Source: an uncultured Candidatus Saccharibacteria bacterium
GTDB lineage: Bacteria; Patescibacteriota; Andersenbacteria; UBA10190
NCBI GenBank assembly: GCA_964443125.1
Contig: CAYUBL010000005.1
Location: 1-52,194, forward strand
Direction: 5' to 3'
Length of the DNA stretch: 52,194 bases
Shown piece after piece: positions 1 through 9,259 of this stretch; within the stretch, counting starts at the first letter, position 1; each line of letters starts with the position of its first letter. The translations under genes and the position numbers were made by a program. Under the pieces are notes generated by a model, which did not search any database, was not told the DNA's origin, and saw only the letters and a list, made by a program, of their open reading frames with translations.

Positions 1-34
1 TGGATCGAGAGTTCGAATCTCTCCCTCTCCGCCA
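1..34 (+). tRNA. 3' fragment of a tRNA with T-arm, acceptor 3' strand, discriminator G and encoded CCA; possibly a Ser/Leu-type tRNA
   Basis: GAGAG-TTCGAAT-CTCTC T-arm at 7-23, then CCTCTCC, G and CCA ending at 34. The 5' part lies outside the window, so the anticodon is not visible. Confidence 0.6.
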
Positions 35-88
35 AATATACTGATTGTAAATCTCTATAAAAAGCATAAACTAAAATAAGACTAAAAA

Positions 89-448
89 GTGACGTATAAC
101 ACTATGCACCATAAGCAGCAATTCTGGAGATTGGTAAGCTTAACAGAAATATGCCTTGCTGTACTTTGGGCTCCCTTGATGGCAATACCAGCATTTGGAC
201 TATTGCTTGGAATTGCAGATAGTGGGAAATTTAATTGGAGCAATATTATTACTTTTCTAGTTATTGCTTTTAGTCCACCCATATTATCTGTTGTTAGTTT
301 TTTGGGCATCAGAAAGCTTCAACGATGGGGATATATCACTGCGATTGTAGTGGCGTTACTTTATATCGTTTTTTATTTGTTACTTTTTGCTCCCGATTTT
401 TGGAAAGGTACCATAGAGCTCCTGGGTCTTTTTGTACCAAAATTTTAA
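89..448 (+). CDS. small integral membrane protein, unknown function
   Basis: 119-aa ORF with GTG at 89 and first ATG at 104. It has several hydrophobic helices (LAVLWAPLMAIPAFGLLLGI, ITFLVIAFSPPILSVVSFLGI, ITAIVVALLYIVFYLLLF). The antisense ORF 82..309 looks spurious. Confidence 0.5.
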   Translation: MTYNTMHHKQQFWRLVSLTEICLAVLWAPLMAIPAFGLLLGIADSGKFNWSNIITFLVIAFSPPILSVVSFLGIRKLQRWGYITAIVVALLYIVFYLLLFAPDFWKGTIELLGLFVPKF

Positions 449-482
449 CTAACACTCTCCGCAGTCATGGTATAATACCAAG

Positions 483-1499
483 ATGAAACCGCGTGTTGTC
501 GTATTCACGGGAGGAGAGGCGCATCATGCCGACATCTCAAAACAGTCCGGCGCATGGCTGTGCACGTATCTTCCCCGTTCGAAATACGACGTGGTTCCCG
601 TTGAAGTGCTTCCGGACGGCCAGTGGAAAGTCCCTCTGGGACAATTGCCGAAAAGCGGAAACGTTGCGCGCGCTATGGATATGATTTTCCAAGCTACGCT
701 TCCAAAAGATCCCAAAAGCGCGCTTGCGCGGCTGCTCGAAAAACCAGTTCATTTCTTCACGACGCTTCTGCGCGGCAAAGGCGGAGATGACGGCTCTCTC
801 CATGGACTGGGAAGCATGCTCGATATCCGCGTTGCGGGGTCGCCGCGCACGGCCATGCACACGACATTCCACAAAGATCGGCTGCTTCGCTCGCTCTCGC
901 ACATTGCGCCGACGCCGCATAGCCAGATGATCATGCATGACGACAGCCTAGAAGATATCGAAGAAGATATCTGGAGCTCGTTCATTCCTCCGTTCTTCAT
1001 CAAACCTGTCCACGGTGCGGGAAGCCACGGAGTGGTAAAAGTGCGAGCGTTCAAGGATTTACGAAACGCAATCCTGGATGCCAAGCAGAAAAACATAGAC
1101 TTGCTCGTCCAAGAAATGGCGCCCGGCCTGGAACTTGCCATTACAATGTACGCCGACGCGCGAGGAAAGCTTCACACGCTCCCTCCCACCATCATCACGC
1201 CAAAGGCCGCTTCGTATTACGACTATGCCGCAAAACAGAACATCAACGGAGCGCATTTTCATCCTGTTCACGAGACGGATACTTCCGTTATCCATCAGGC
1301 GGAGCAAATCGCCCAAGACGTGTATCGCTCGCTTCGTCTTGGAGGCATTGCAACCATCGACATGATCGCAAACGATGGGGCCGTGGACGTGCTCGACGTT
1401 AATACGGTCCCCTCATTCCACGCAGCATCGCCCATCCACCACCAGCTCAAGCACGCCGGCATTCACCCAGAGCAATTCTTGGACGGATTGTTCGATTAA
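483..1499 (+). CDS. D-alanine--D-alanine ligase family (ATP-grasp) protein
   Basis: 338 aa. The N-terminus is Ddl-like (VVVFTGGEAHHADISKQSG ... YDVVPVEVLPDGQW). The C-terminal half is ATP-grasp (FIKPVHGAGSHGVVKV, YYDYAAK, DVNTVPSF). Substrate is not established. Confidence 0.7.
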   Translation: MKPRVVVFTGGEAHHADISKQSGAWLCTYLPRSKYDVVPVEVLPDGQWKVPLGQLPKSGNVARAMDMIFQATLPKDPKSALARLLEKPVHFFTTLLRGKGGDDGSLHGLGSMLDIRVAGSPRTAMHTTFHKDRLLRSLSHIAPTPHSQMIMHDDSLEDIEEDIWSSFIPPFFIKPVHGAGSHGVVKVRAFKDLRNAILDAKQKNIDLLVQEMAPGLELAITMYADARGKLHTLPPTIITPKAASYYDYAAKQNINGAHFHPVHETDTSVIHQAEQIAQDVYRSLRLGGIATIDMIANDGAVDVLDVNTVPSFHAASPIHHQLKHAGIHPEQFLDGLFD

Positions 1500-1505
1500 G
1501 AAATC

Positions 1506-2138
1506 CTACGAATGGATACGGATTGCCTTTGCAGGCCCTCTGCCTGCCTTTTTTATTTGCTGTTGGGCGATGTCCGGCTTCTTCCCTTCTAAAATTGCCT
1601 TGGCTTTCCGCATGATATCTTGGTCAGTATCGTACTCCAGCATGCCGATTGCAACATCGATCGGAAACCATCCGGCATCGACAAACCCTTCCTCTTCTTG
1701 AGGGGTGAGCTCTTGCTGGTCAGTAACCATCAGGAAATAGTGAACCGTTTTTTTCACCAGCGCCGTTTCCGCTTGGAACATGAAGCGCGTGGATCCCAAG
1801 CGTTCTTTTACTTCGAGTGTTTGGATTCCCGCCTCTTCCTGCACTTCGCGCTTTGCCGCTTCAAAAATCTTTTCGTTCCGATGCAATTCCACATGCCCCT
1901 TCGGGAGCACCCATACGCTTCCCCGCCGGTGCTGGGTCTTCAGCAGCGCCGCCACCCATCCGCCGCGCTCTTTGCGCACCGCAACTCCGCCTGCAGAGAG
2001 CTCTTTGCGGACTTTCTTGCGCTGGCTTTTTTTCGGCCGCGCATGAGGCCGTTTCTTGCTCTGATGTTTTTTTGTTGCAGTCTGCCGCCGGCGTACCGGC
2101 GGCGGAATCGGAGGCACAGCAGGCCGTTGTGTATTCAT
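1506..2138 (-). CDS. NUDIX hydrolase with a ~45-aa Lys/Arg-rich N-terminal extension
   Basis: Nudix box LPKGHVELHRNEKIFEAAKREVQEEAGI. The N-terminus is very basic (RRRQTATKKHQSKKRPHARPKKSQRKKVRK). Confidence 0.8.
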   Translation of the reverse strand: MNTQRPAVPPIPPPVRRRQTATKKHQSKKRPHARPKKSQRKKVRKELSAGGVAVRKERGGWVAALLKTQHRRGSVWVLPKGHVELHRNEKIFEAAKREVQEEAGIQTLEVKERLGSTRFMFQAETALVKKTVHYFLMVTDQQELTPQEEEGFVDAGWFPIDVAIGMLEYDTDQDIMRKAKAILEGKKPDIAQQQIKKAGRGPAKAIRIHS

Positions 2139-2141
2139 ACG

Positions 2142-3815
2142 TTATGCGTGCGGAAAGAGATCCGGCGATTTATAGTTGCTATAAAATGTATCTTCGATGA
2201 TTGTTTGCCCATCTTTTTTGACGGTTTGTTTGAGCACTGCCTTCACCGCTCCGTCCGGTTTTCTGTCGTACGGATGCGGACCGTCCACTTCCACGACCCG
2301 ATTATCGCTGGTGCCCCAAAATTCAAATGAAAGCTTCGTGCCTTCTATTCTCGTTTGGATCAGAATATAGCCAGGCGTGTTGTTCAGGAAACGAAAATCA
2401 GTATACGGCGGATAAATGGTGGCGTCAAATCCAGGCGTGCCATAATACCGCACTGCATACGAATGATTGCGGCGAGAAGTAATCTCCATTCCGGAGTACA
2501 CCGCCGCACGGAACGCCGTCGTCGATACCTGGCACAATCCGCCGCCGTATTCCGCAATCGTTGCATTATTTTTAATCACCAGCTCCGGAAGGAATCCCGC
2601 CTCTTTCGTCACCGGCCCCAAAAATTTATTAAACGAAAACTCTTCATGCGGAGCAATCAGAATTCCGTCATACTTTGCAGCCCCTACTGCGATATTCGCC
2701 GCGCGATTCTTGGGAGACCCCACGAAATCCGTTTCTCCGCGCGCCAGCAGCGATGTTATGCCCAGCTTTCTGCTATCTCCCACATCCGCAATAGTCGGGC
2801 GGACCGTCCGCATGGCGATTGTAGCCTCTTGCCTTCCCTGGGCCAGCGCCTCTTGGACTGCCGCAATTGTCCCATCTTCATCAAGCACTCGCCCATCCTT
2901 TGGAAGCGAGAATTGCACGACCTTTCCGTCTTCCATTTTGAACCTGGCGTTTACCGGATCCTCATTCACGACAGGGGCAACGTGCTCTGCGATATACTGT
3001 TGCAGCGGCTCTCGCTTCAGCTGCACGACAGGATGCTTTTGGCCGGTAAACTCTATCATGCTCGCAACTGCGCTTCCGGGAATATGCACCGTATGATCGT
3101 CCACGCTCATGCGAAATCCGGAATTCAACAATCCTTGCGCAAATGCGCGAATGGGCTCCACTTCCGCTTGCGACAACAGCGCGGCCTCTTTCACTGCCAG
3201 AACGTCCACTGGACGGGGCGGCACGGCCCCGAGCGCGTGCTGGATGTCGCGATTCAACGACACCATATCCACCCCTTCCCCATTCTTCCCCGGGAGAATA
3301 CGCACAACCCCTCCCGCATCAATGGCAAGCGTAGGGTTCTGCGGAATTACCATGCGATCAGAAAATGCATCCTGCAGCGCTTTCACTGCCGTTTCATCAT
3401 GGAATATCATCGCGGGCGCAACTTGTATCCGCCGCGAACTGATTTTTCGTCCCGCATACGCCCGAATTTTCTCTGCCGTCTTTGCCTTATCGAGCGTTAT
3501 TCCCAATTGCTCCATCGTGTATGCAACCTCTTTTTCGCGGAACCGTATTGTGACGCTCGTCTGCAAGAACTCCTGCTCGTACGCTTCCATCGCCTGCAAT
3601 ACGTCCTCCGTATGCAATCCGCCAACCGGAAATGCGCCCACGCGGACATGCGGGATCACCCTGTCGGCAAATACATGCGACATGCCGATATATCCGAGCA
3701 GCACGACAAAAATTGCTGCAAGAATCCCCTCTCCGATCTCGCGAATCGGATGAGCGTCCTGCTTGCTATGCTTTTTCTTCTGGTGGTTTGTGCGCATCTG
3801 CCGCTTTAATGACAA
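2142..3815 (-). CDS. VanW family protein (N-terminal TM anchor)
   Basis: 557 aa. VanW core: GGGLCQVSTTAFRAAVYSGMEITSRRNHSYAVRYYGTPGFDATIY. TM helix: ILAAIFVVLLGYIG. The start may be an internal Met, because the 5' end overlaps the upstream kinase gene. Confidence 0.85.
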   Translation of the reverse strand: MSLKRQMRTNHQKKKHSKQDAHPIREIGEGILAAIFVVLLGYIGMSHVFADRVIPHVRVGAFPVGGLHTEDVLQAMEAYEQEFLQTSVTIRFREKEVAYTMEQLGITLDKAKTAEKIRAYAGRKISSRRIQVAPAMIFHDETAVKALQDAFSDRMVIPQNPTLAIDAGGVVRILPGKNGEGVDMVSLNRDIQHALGAVPPRPVDVLAVKEAALLSQAEVEPIRAFAQGLLNSGFRMSVDDHTVHIPGSAVASMIEFTGQKHPVVQLKREPLQQYIAEHVAPVVNEDPVNARFKMEDGKVVQFSLPKDGRVLDEDGTIAAVQEALAQGRQEATIAMRTVRPTIADVGDSRKLGITSLLARGETDFVGSPKNRAANIAVGAAKYDGILIAPHEEFSFNKFLGPVTKEAGFLPELVIKNNATIAEYGGGLCQVSTTAFRAAVYSGMEITSRRNHSYAVRYYGTPGFDATIYPPYTDFRFLNNTPGYILIQTRIEGTKLSFEFWGTSDNRVVEVDGPHPYDRKPDGAVKAVLKQTVKKDGQTIIEDTFYSNYKSPDLFPHA

Positions 3816-5316
3816 CCGAAGCCTTCTCCCCCACTTTCAGGCTTTTCTCGGACCCTTCTACAGGTAGCTCCATGATAAACGTGCTCCCCTTGTTGAGTCC
3901 AGGACTGTCCGCGCGCACAATGCCATGATGTTCTGTCACAATTTGCTTGGCTACATACAGCCCCAAACCCGTCCCCTCCGTATGGAACCTTGCCGCGCCG
4001 CCCACACGCACGAACTTATGGAATAGCTGGTCGATATCGTTTGTTGCCAATCCCTTGCCCGTATCGGACACGGAAAACCGCACGATATCGCCTTCTTGCA
4101 CGATATATACGTCCACATTTCCCTGCGGGGTGTACTTGATGGCATTGTCGATGAAGTTGAGCATCACCTGCCGGATACGCTGCATGTCTACCACTACGTG
4201 CGCCACCGGTTTCTCCGGCGGATGGAATTCCAGCTTCAGCTTTTTCGCCATGGCATTGGGCAGCAAATCCGCAACCAGCTCTTTCGCCATTTCCACCAAA
4301 TCGACAGACTCCAAGTTTAGTTCCAGCCTTCCGCTTTCGATGCGTGAAATATCGAGCAGATTCTTAATGAGCTCGATGAGGCGGATTGCGCTTTTATCCA
4401 AAATATCCAAAATGGGCTTTTGTTCTTCGGGAATGTTTCCGTAATCGCCTTCCGTCAACATGGAAATGTACCCGCGCAGCGCGGTAAGCGGCGTATACAG
4501 CTGATGGCTCGCGATACTCAAGAACTCGCTCTTCGCCTTGTCGAGATCGACCAGCTTCGCATTCGCGGCCGCAAGCTTTGCGGATGTAGCCTGCAAATCT
4601 TCATACAACCGAGCTTTGAACAGCGCCAAGGAAATCAACCCCACGATTCCGTTGAGCGATTCATGCTCGTACTGCGATGCGTCTTGGAACGATCTGCTCG
4701 TGCTGAATGTTAGAATGCCGAGCGTGTGCTCTCCGAATCGAAGCGAGAGGATCAGCGAATGGCTCGGAAGCGGAATGTTTGTTTCCCGCTGTGTTGCAAG
4801 AACCGCATCTACGACTGCCTTTTGATACACTCGGGAAAGGTCGTCGGAATACATCTGCTTGCCTGCGCTTATCACTTGCATCGTATCGGGAGTCTCTTCA
4901 ATGGAAATCGCGGAGAGCGAATGGCATATGCCGATCAGCGATTTTGCCAGTGACTCGTTGTTCGACCCCACCGCAATACAATGGCTCATATTCTTTTCCG
5001 CATCCACAATGGCAATGGTCACCATCTCATACCCCAGCTCGTTTGCAATCGCCGACACCATTTTCTGCGCCATTTCTTCCGTTTGCTGGGATGCAAGAGA
5101 GATCTCATCCAGTTTTCTTAGAAGCGCCAGCGTTTTGTTGCGCACGGCAAGTTCCGCATTGCGCTTGTACAGCTCCTGCGTAATCCGATCGCGCAGCTTG
5201 GATGGAGCGCTCGATATGCTCTTTACATGATGCCCGATCGTTTTTCTGCTCCTTCGCTTTTTCGGAGCATTCTCATCCTTTTTAAAAAACATCGGACGCG
5301 CGGCTGCAGCAGTCAT
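3766..5316 (-). CDS. cytoplasmic sensor histidine kinase with GAF-like sensor domain
   Basis: 516 aa. H-box SEFLSIASHQLYTPLTALRGYISML. HATPase_c motifs NFIDNAIKYT, DTGKGL, GTGLGLYVAKQIV. No TM segment and no adjacent response regulator. Confidence 0.85.
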   Translation of the reverse strand: MTAAAARPMFFKKDENAPKKRRSRKTIGHHVKSISSAPSKLRDRITQELYKRNAELAVRNKTLALLRKLDEISLASQQTEEMAQKMVSAIANELGYEMVTIAIVDAEKNMSHCIAVGSNNESLAKSLIGICHSLSAISIEETPDTMQVISAGKQMYSDDLSRVYQKAVVDAVLATQRETNIPLPSHSLILSLRFGEHTLGILTFSTSRSFQDASQYEHESLNGIVGLISLALFKARLYEDLQATSAKLAAANAKLVDLDKAKSEFLSIASHQLYTPLTALRGYISMLTEGDYGNIPEEQKPILDILDKSAIRLIELIKNLLDISRIESGRLELNLESVDLVEMAKELVADLLPNAMAKKLKLEFHPPEKPVAHVVVDMQRIRQVMLNFIDNAIKYTPQGNVDVYIVQEGDIVRFSVSDTGKGLATNDIDQLFHKFVRVGGAARFHTEGTGLGLYVAKQIVTEHHGIVRADSPGLNKGSTFIMELPVEGSEKSLKVGEKASVVIKAADAHKPPEEKA

Positions 5317-5393
5317 ATACTATGCAGTATATCACGCATTCGCCTTTTCGTTGACTATGTTGCGAAATAATTCGCGATAAAAGCGTTTTGCCT

Positions 5394-5422
5394 TTGACGT
5401 ATCGCAAATGTGTATGTATGAT
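5394..5422 (+). promoter_or_regulatory. sigma70-like promoter candidate (TTGACG-17 nt-TATGAT)
   Basis: TTGACG at 5394-5399 and TATGAT at 5417-5422, with a 17-nt spacer counted by hand. It lies in the divergent region between the kinase and the ABC gene. Confidence 0.4.
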
Positions 5423-5428
5423 ACTTTC

Positions 5429-5485
5429 ATGATCAGAGCACACCTAAGCTGCGAGGAACATCGAGGATACCTGATGAGCGCATAA
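5429..5485 (+). CDS. candidate leaderless 18-codon upstream ORF (MIRAHLSCEEHRGYLMSA)
   Basis: The ATG starts 7 nt after the TATGAT -10 and has no SD. TAA is at 5483-5485. It lies between the promoter candidate and a terminator-like hairpin. Confidence 0.3.
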   Translation: MIRAHLSCEEHRGYLMSA

Positions 5486-5506
5486 GTACGCGCCTGCTCG
5501 CCTTTT

Positions 5507-5538
5507 ATCCCCGGTGATGTTCGCCGGGGATATTTTTT
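5507..5538 (+). terminator. terminator/attenuator-like hairpin just upstream of the ABC transporter start
   Basis: ATCCCCGG (5507-5514) pairs with CCGGGGAT (5524-5531) across a 9-nt loop. It is followed by ATTTTTT (T run 5533-5538). Confidence 0.45.
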
Positions 5539-5546
5539 ACTATTTT

Positions 5547-7304
5547 ATGAAACCATTACGATCCGTATTGCGCGCGCTTGCCCCAAGCATACAAAAGCAT
5601 TGGGTTTCTTTGGCGATCTCTGCTTTTTGCATGATCGGGGCAGTTGTTGTAGACGCCCTCTTCCCATTCGCAATACGCAATCTGGTGGATCAATTTACAT
5701 CGGAAACTCGCAATGTTTCCAGCGCTTGGGCCATTTTCGGGACGCTCATTATCCTCTATATTGCAATAAACACCTGTTATCGCATTTTCGACGTCGCATT
5801 CAGTCTCTTTCAAGCGAGAGTGATGCGAGATATCGCCTTGCGCAGTTTTGCGGCACTACAAGAGCAATCCATGAACTTTTTTGAAAAATCCTCCACGGGA
5901 TCGCTCATCACAAGCGCAAAACGGTTCGGAAATGCCTTTGAAGGCATGAGTGAAGTCTTCTTTTACCAGTTCATTCGAAGCGCAACGCTGATTATCTTAA
6001 CAATGGGAATTTTCATCATGGAAAAGCCCGCAATTGCGGCAGGTTTCGCACTTTGGGTCGTTGCATACCTCACCTTAATATCGCTTGCGGTGCGAAAGCA
6101 ATTCCCTCTGTTTACTCGCAGCGCGGAAACGGATTCGGAAGTAGGCGCAATAATCGGCGATTCTATCAGCAATCACATGACCGTAAAATCGTACGGGCAA
6201 GAAAAGGCCGAGATGAATCGTTTCGGAGAAGTCGTTCATACTAATTATCGCATGCGGCTACGCGCATGGCTATCCAGTAATGCCTTATTTGCCGCGCAAG
6301 GAATCCTCATGGCAACTGTCGAACTCGGACTGTTCGCCTATCTCATTAACGGATGGGAAAAGGGTGTGGTTACTGCGGGTGATTTCGTGTTCTTCCAAGC
6401 ATACGCGATGCTCATGTTCGACCAAATTTGGATGCTCGGGCCCATGCTGCATCGGTTTATCGACCATATTTCCGATGCAAAGAAGATGGCCGATATTTTT
6501 GAACTGACTCCGGAGGTACAAGATGCACCAGGGGCGCGACCTCTCGTGGTGGAAAATGGCGAGGTCGAATTTCACGCCGCCTCCTTTAATTATAAAGAAC
6601 GAAAAAATGGTTCGCGCCATACGATTGACGAAATGAATCTGACAATCCCCGCAGGACAATCAATCGGGCTCGTGGGAAGAAGCGGCGCCGGTAAAAGCAC
6701 GATGGTAAAGCTTTTGCTGCGTTTTTACGATTTGGATAGCGGATATATCCGAATCGATGGACAGGATATTGCGAACGTTACCCAAGAAAGCCTGCGCCAG
6801 CAAATTGCGGTAGTGCCGCAAGATCCGCAAATGTTCAACTCCACGATACGCCATAATATTGCCTTTGCCCAAGGAGACGCAACGGAACCTGAAATTATCG
6901 AAGCTGCGCAAAAAGCATACGCGTGGGATTTTATTCAAGAACTCCCCAATGGCCTCGATAGCATTGTCGGAGAACGCGGAGTAAAGCTATCCGGAGGCCA
7001 GCGCCAACGGATCGCGATTGCAAGAGCAATACTTGCAAATCCACGCCTGCTTATTCTGGATGAAGCAACCAGCGCGCTCGATAGCGCAACGGAAAAGATC
7101 ATTCAGAAAGCGATTGCAAACCTCCTGCAAGGCCGCACTTCGATTGTCATCGCCCATCGATTAAGCACTATCATGCGGCTTGATCGCATCGTAGTTATCA
7201 GCGGCGGCAAAATCACCGAAGACGGCACCCATACCGAACTTCTGGAACACAAAGGAGAATACGCCGATCTCTGGGCGCATCAAGTTGGCGGGTATCTGAA
7301 GTAA
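5547..7304 (+). CDS. ABC transporter, fused permease/ATP-binding protein (MsbA/exporter type)
   Basis: ORF track 5514..7304. Six-TM N-terminal half. Walker A GRSGAGKST, signature LSGGQRQRIAIARA, Walker B LLILDEATSALD. ATG 5547 (MKPLRSVL...) is preferred because GTG 5514 lies inside the hairpin. Confidence 0.9.
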   Translation: MKPLRSVLRALAPSIQKHWVSLAISAFCMIGAVVVDALFPFAIRNLVDQFTSETRNVSSAWAIFGTLIILYIAINTCYRIFDVAFSLFQARVMRDIALRSFAALQEQSMNFFEKSSTGSLITSAKRFGNAFEGMSEVFFYQFIRSATLIILTMGIFIMEKPAIAAGFALWVVAYLTLISLAVRKQFPLFTRSAETDSEVGAIIGDSISNHMTVKSYGQEKAEMNRFGEVVHTNYRMRLRAWLSSNALFAAQGILMATVELGLFAYLINGWEKGVVTAGDFVFFQAYAMLMFDQIWMLGPMLHRFIDHISDAKKMADIFELTPEVQDAPGARPLVVENGEVEFHAASFNYKERKNGSRHTIDEMNLTIPAGQSIGLVGRSGAGKSTMVKLLLRFYDLDSGYIRIDGQDIANVTQESLRQQIAVVPQDPQMFNSTIRHNIAFAQGDATEPEIIEAAQKAYAWDFIQELPNGLDSIVGERGVKLSGGQRQRIAIARAILANPRLLILDEATSALDSATEKIIQKAIANLLQGRTSIVIAHRLSTIMRLDRIVVISGGKITEDGTHTELLEHKGEYADLWAHQVGGYLK

Positions 7305-7354
7305 ATCAACCTATCCCCTGCAAAAATTGCACATTAGGGATTTCTTCATATTAT

Positions 7355-8302
7355 TCAAAATTCTACAAATATCTCCCGAGAAGATCCATCTACCCGGACG
7401 GGCATCCCATAAGGAAACGGGATTTGAGGATCAGTATGTCCAAAATCCATATTCTGCACAACTGGAGCTTTCTTGTTATATTTCCGAACAGTTTTTAGAA
7501 TTACTTCTCTTTGTTTTGCGCGATATTCGTTTCTCTTGTCATATTCTTGCTGGTTATTGAACTCCCAAGCTTTTGGCCTCCCAACTAAAATAGCCTGAAT
7601 CCTTTCAAGGATACCTAATTCTCCTAAACTCCCATATACTTTAGCGACATATTCACTGGAGGGTATCTCTTCTGACGTCTCTGTCATAAGAACAATCTTT
7701 TGAAAATCATCTAATGAAGGGATTCGTGTACCATGGCGAAGCATTTTATCTATCGACTCAAGGCAGCCGCCCCACGTTATCCCTACGGCATTAGTATGCC
7801 CACTCCAATGCCAGCCCCCGTTCTTTTCATACTCTCTTCTTTTTAAGAGATTGCGCTCATCTTTCCACCCAAGGCCAATTTCATTAAAAACTTCACTCGC
7901 CTGTATCCGCACTTCACCATTCTCAAATAAAGCGTTTTTAAGATATTGAATAGTATACTTATCCATCTGCCCCTGCATCGCCAATTGCGTCATTACAGAA
8001 CCTCCGTAATAGGATGGAATCCCGTAAAGCCAAAGAAAATTCATAAAATGAGTGTTATCACTATATCCAAAAAATGGCTTCGGATTTTTAACGAAAGGCT
8101 CACTTGGTAAATTTTTAATATATGTAACTTGATCATCGCCACCAATAGTGGCAATTACTGCCTTTATTTCTTCATTTTCAAATGCGTCTATTAAATCCTC
8201 AGCCCTCTCTTCCGTAGACGCCCCAACCTTTCTTGTCGTTGGAAATTCAACTGGCTCAAGACGAAAGACTTCTTTCAGACGTTGTAAACCAAGCTCATAC
8301 AC
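7355..8302 (-). CDS. LD-carboxypeptidase / MccF-like S66 peptidase, apparently 5'-truncated
   Basis: YELGLQRLKEVF.LEPVEFP, AVIATIGGDD, and the nucleophile motif FFGYSDNTHFMNF. The frame stays open upstream (SPSFAAPGVFPAV) to a TGA near 8360, with no start there. The only start is GTG 8302. Confidence 0.7.
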   Translation of the reverse strand: MYELGLQRLKEVFRLEPVEFPTTRKVGASTEERAEDLIDAFENEEIKAVIATIGGDDQVTYIKNLPSEPFVKNPKPFFGYSDNTHFMNFLWLYGIPSYYGGSVMTQLAMQGQMDKYTIQYLKNALFENGEVRIQASEVFNEIGLGWKDERNLLKRREYEKNGGWHWSGHTNAVGITWGGCLESIDKMLRHGTRIPSLDDFQKIVLMTETSEEIPSSEYVAKVYGSLGELGILERIQAILVGRPKAWEFNNQQEYDKRNEYRAKQREVILKTVRKYNKKAPVVQNMDFGHTDPQIPFPYGMPVRVDGSSREIFVEF

Positions 8303-8496
8303 TGCAGGAAATACGCCCGGCGCAGCAAAGGACGGAGACGTCCATCTTCCTCCAGATCACTAATACTCGCACGAGAAGAATAGGGAGAAAGATTATCCAC
8401 GCCGACAATTTGAGATTCTTCGTAGTTCTTAGCGATATAGCGAGCAAAATTACTCCCAATAAAACCAGCAACACCAGTAATGAGCAGCTTTTCCAT
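8275..8496 (-). pseudogene. 5' remnant of an NAD-dependent epimerase/dehydratase (RfbB-like) gene fused out of frame to the LD-carboxypeptidase gene
   Basis: MEKLLITGVAGFIGSNFARYIAKNYEESQIVGVDNLS is a Rossmann GxxGxxG N-terminus; compare MKMLVTGGAGFIGSNF of the intact rfbB at 26799. It keeps an AAGGAGA RBS. Homology ends after about 55 codons and the frame runs into the carboxypeptidase gene. Confidence 0.6.
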
Positions 8497-8659
8497 GTCA
8501 TTTCTCCTTTTCTTGATTCACTAATCTTGTTTCGTTGCTTTGTAAAGGTACAACCCCTTCTGTCAGAGAAATTCAGACAGTGCGTGACAATCTAACATTA
8601 AAAAGAAAGTTAAGCAAGCTTAGAACGAAAAGTGCTGTCAAAAATAAGTAACAAAAAAC

Positions 8660-9133
8660 CTAACTTCTTTCTAAGACCCCTTGTAGACTCGCTTTCAATC
8701 TGTCTCTCATGTTCTCCAAAGCATCTCCCGAAATCTTAGTTACCTCTGAATTCCGAACCTCTCGAGGAATACTCCACACCGGCCCCCTTGGTAACAGATC
8801 ATCACTATAGCGAGGGAAAATATGCCAGTGCATATGGCGAACTTCATTTCCCAATAGCTCATAATTCAGTTTTTCTGGCTTGAATGCCATATATACCGCT
8901 TCTGCAACTTGACTCATCTCCAATAAAAACTGCTTTCGATAATCGAGTTCGATTTCATGCAGCTCAGAAACATGTTTTTTGCAGACAAGCAACGAATACC
9001 CCTTGAAAAACTGGTAATCACCAAGCACTACGTATCCCGTTTCAAGCTCGTGGATAAAATAGGGATTCTTACCCTCCTTAATTAGGTCAATCCGCTCGCA
9101 AGCTAAACAAGCATTAGCACTACTAACTCGCAT
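8660..9133 (-). CDS. HIT family protein
   Basis: Histidine triad VRHMHWHIFPRY. 157 aa. An N-terminal CxxC (CLAC) is present. Confidence 0.85.
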   Translation of the reverse strand: MRVSSANACLACERIDLIKEGKNPYFIHELETGYVVLGDYQFFKGYSLLVCKKHVSELHEIELDYRKQFLLEMSQVAEAVYMAFKPEKLNYELLGNEVRHMHWHIFPRYSDDLLPRGPVWSIPREVRNSEVTKISGDALENMRDRLKASLQGVLERS

Positions 9134-9259
9134 AGTTAGGCCACAATGTCATATGTTCATACTTACACACCTCTTAAGATACATCAACGTACCTTCTAAT
9201 ATCCAAGGCTTTTACCACCAATGTAAACTATGCTGGTAGCCAGATATTAAACAAGCTTA

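Noticed and set aside
82-309. A 75-aa minus-strand ORF overlapping the small membrane protein gene.
   Set aside because: It is fully antisense to the more plausible hydrophobic 119-aa ORF. It has no RBS and its composition is unremarkable.
2355-3809. Long plus-strand ORF (484 aa) across the VanW gene. Similar long antisense ORFs occur at 1620..2330, 27327..28316, 29601..30479, 36403..37326, 40505..41236 and 48431..49267.
   Set aside because: Those checked (2355..3809 against VanW, 27327..28316 against MetG) use the same triplet boundaries as the motif-rich minus-strand gene they mirror. All have Arg/Cys/His/Phe-rich low-complexity translations with no motifs. They are a typical consequence of avoiding TTA/CTA/TCA codons in the real genes.
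5471-5478. CUGAUGAG, the hammerhead ribozyme core octamer. It also occurs on the minus strand at 48290-48297.
   Set aside because: Neither site has a correctly placed GAAA plus stem III and cleavage-site arrangement in any circular permutation. One or two chance occurrences of an 8-mer are expected in about 104 kb of two-strand sequence.
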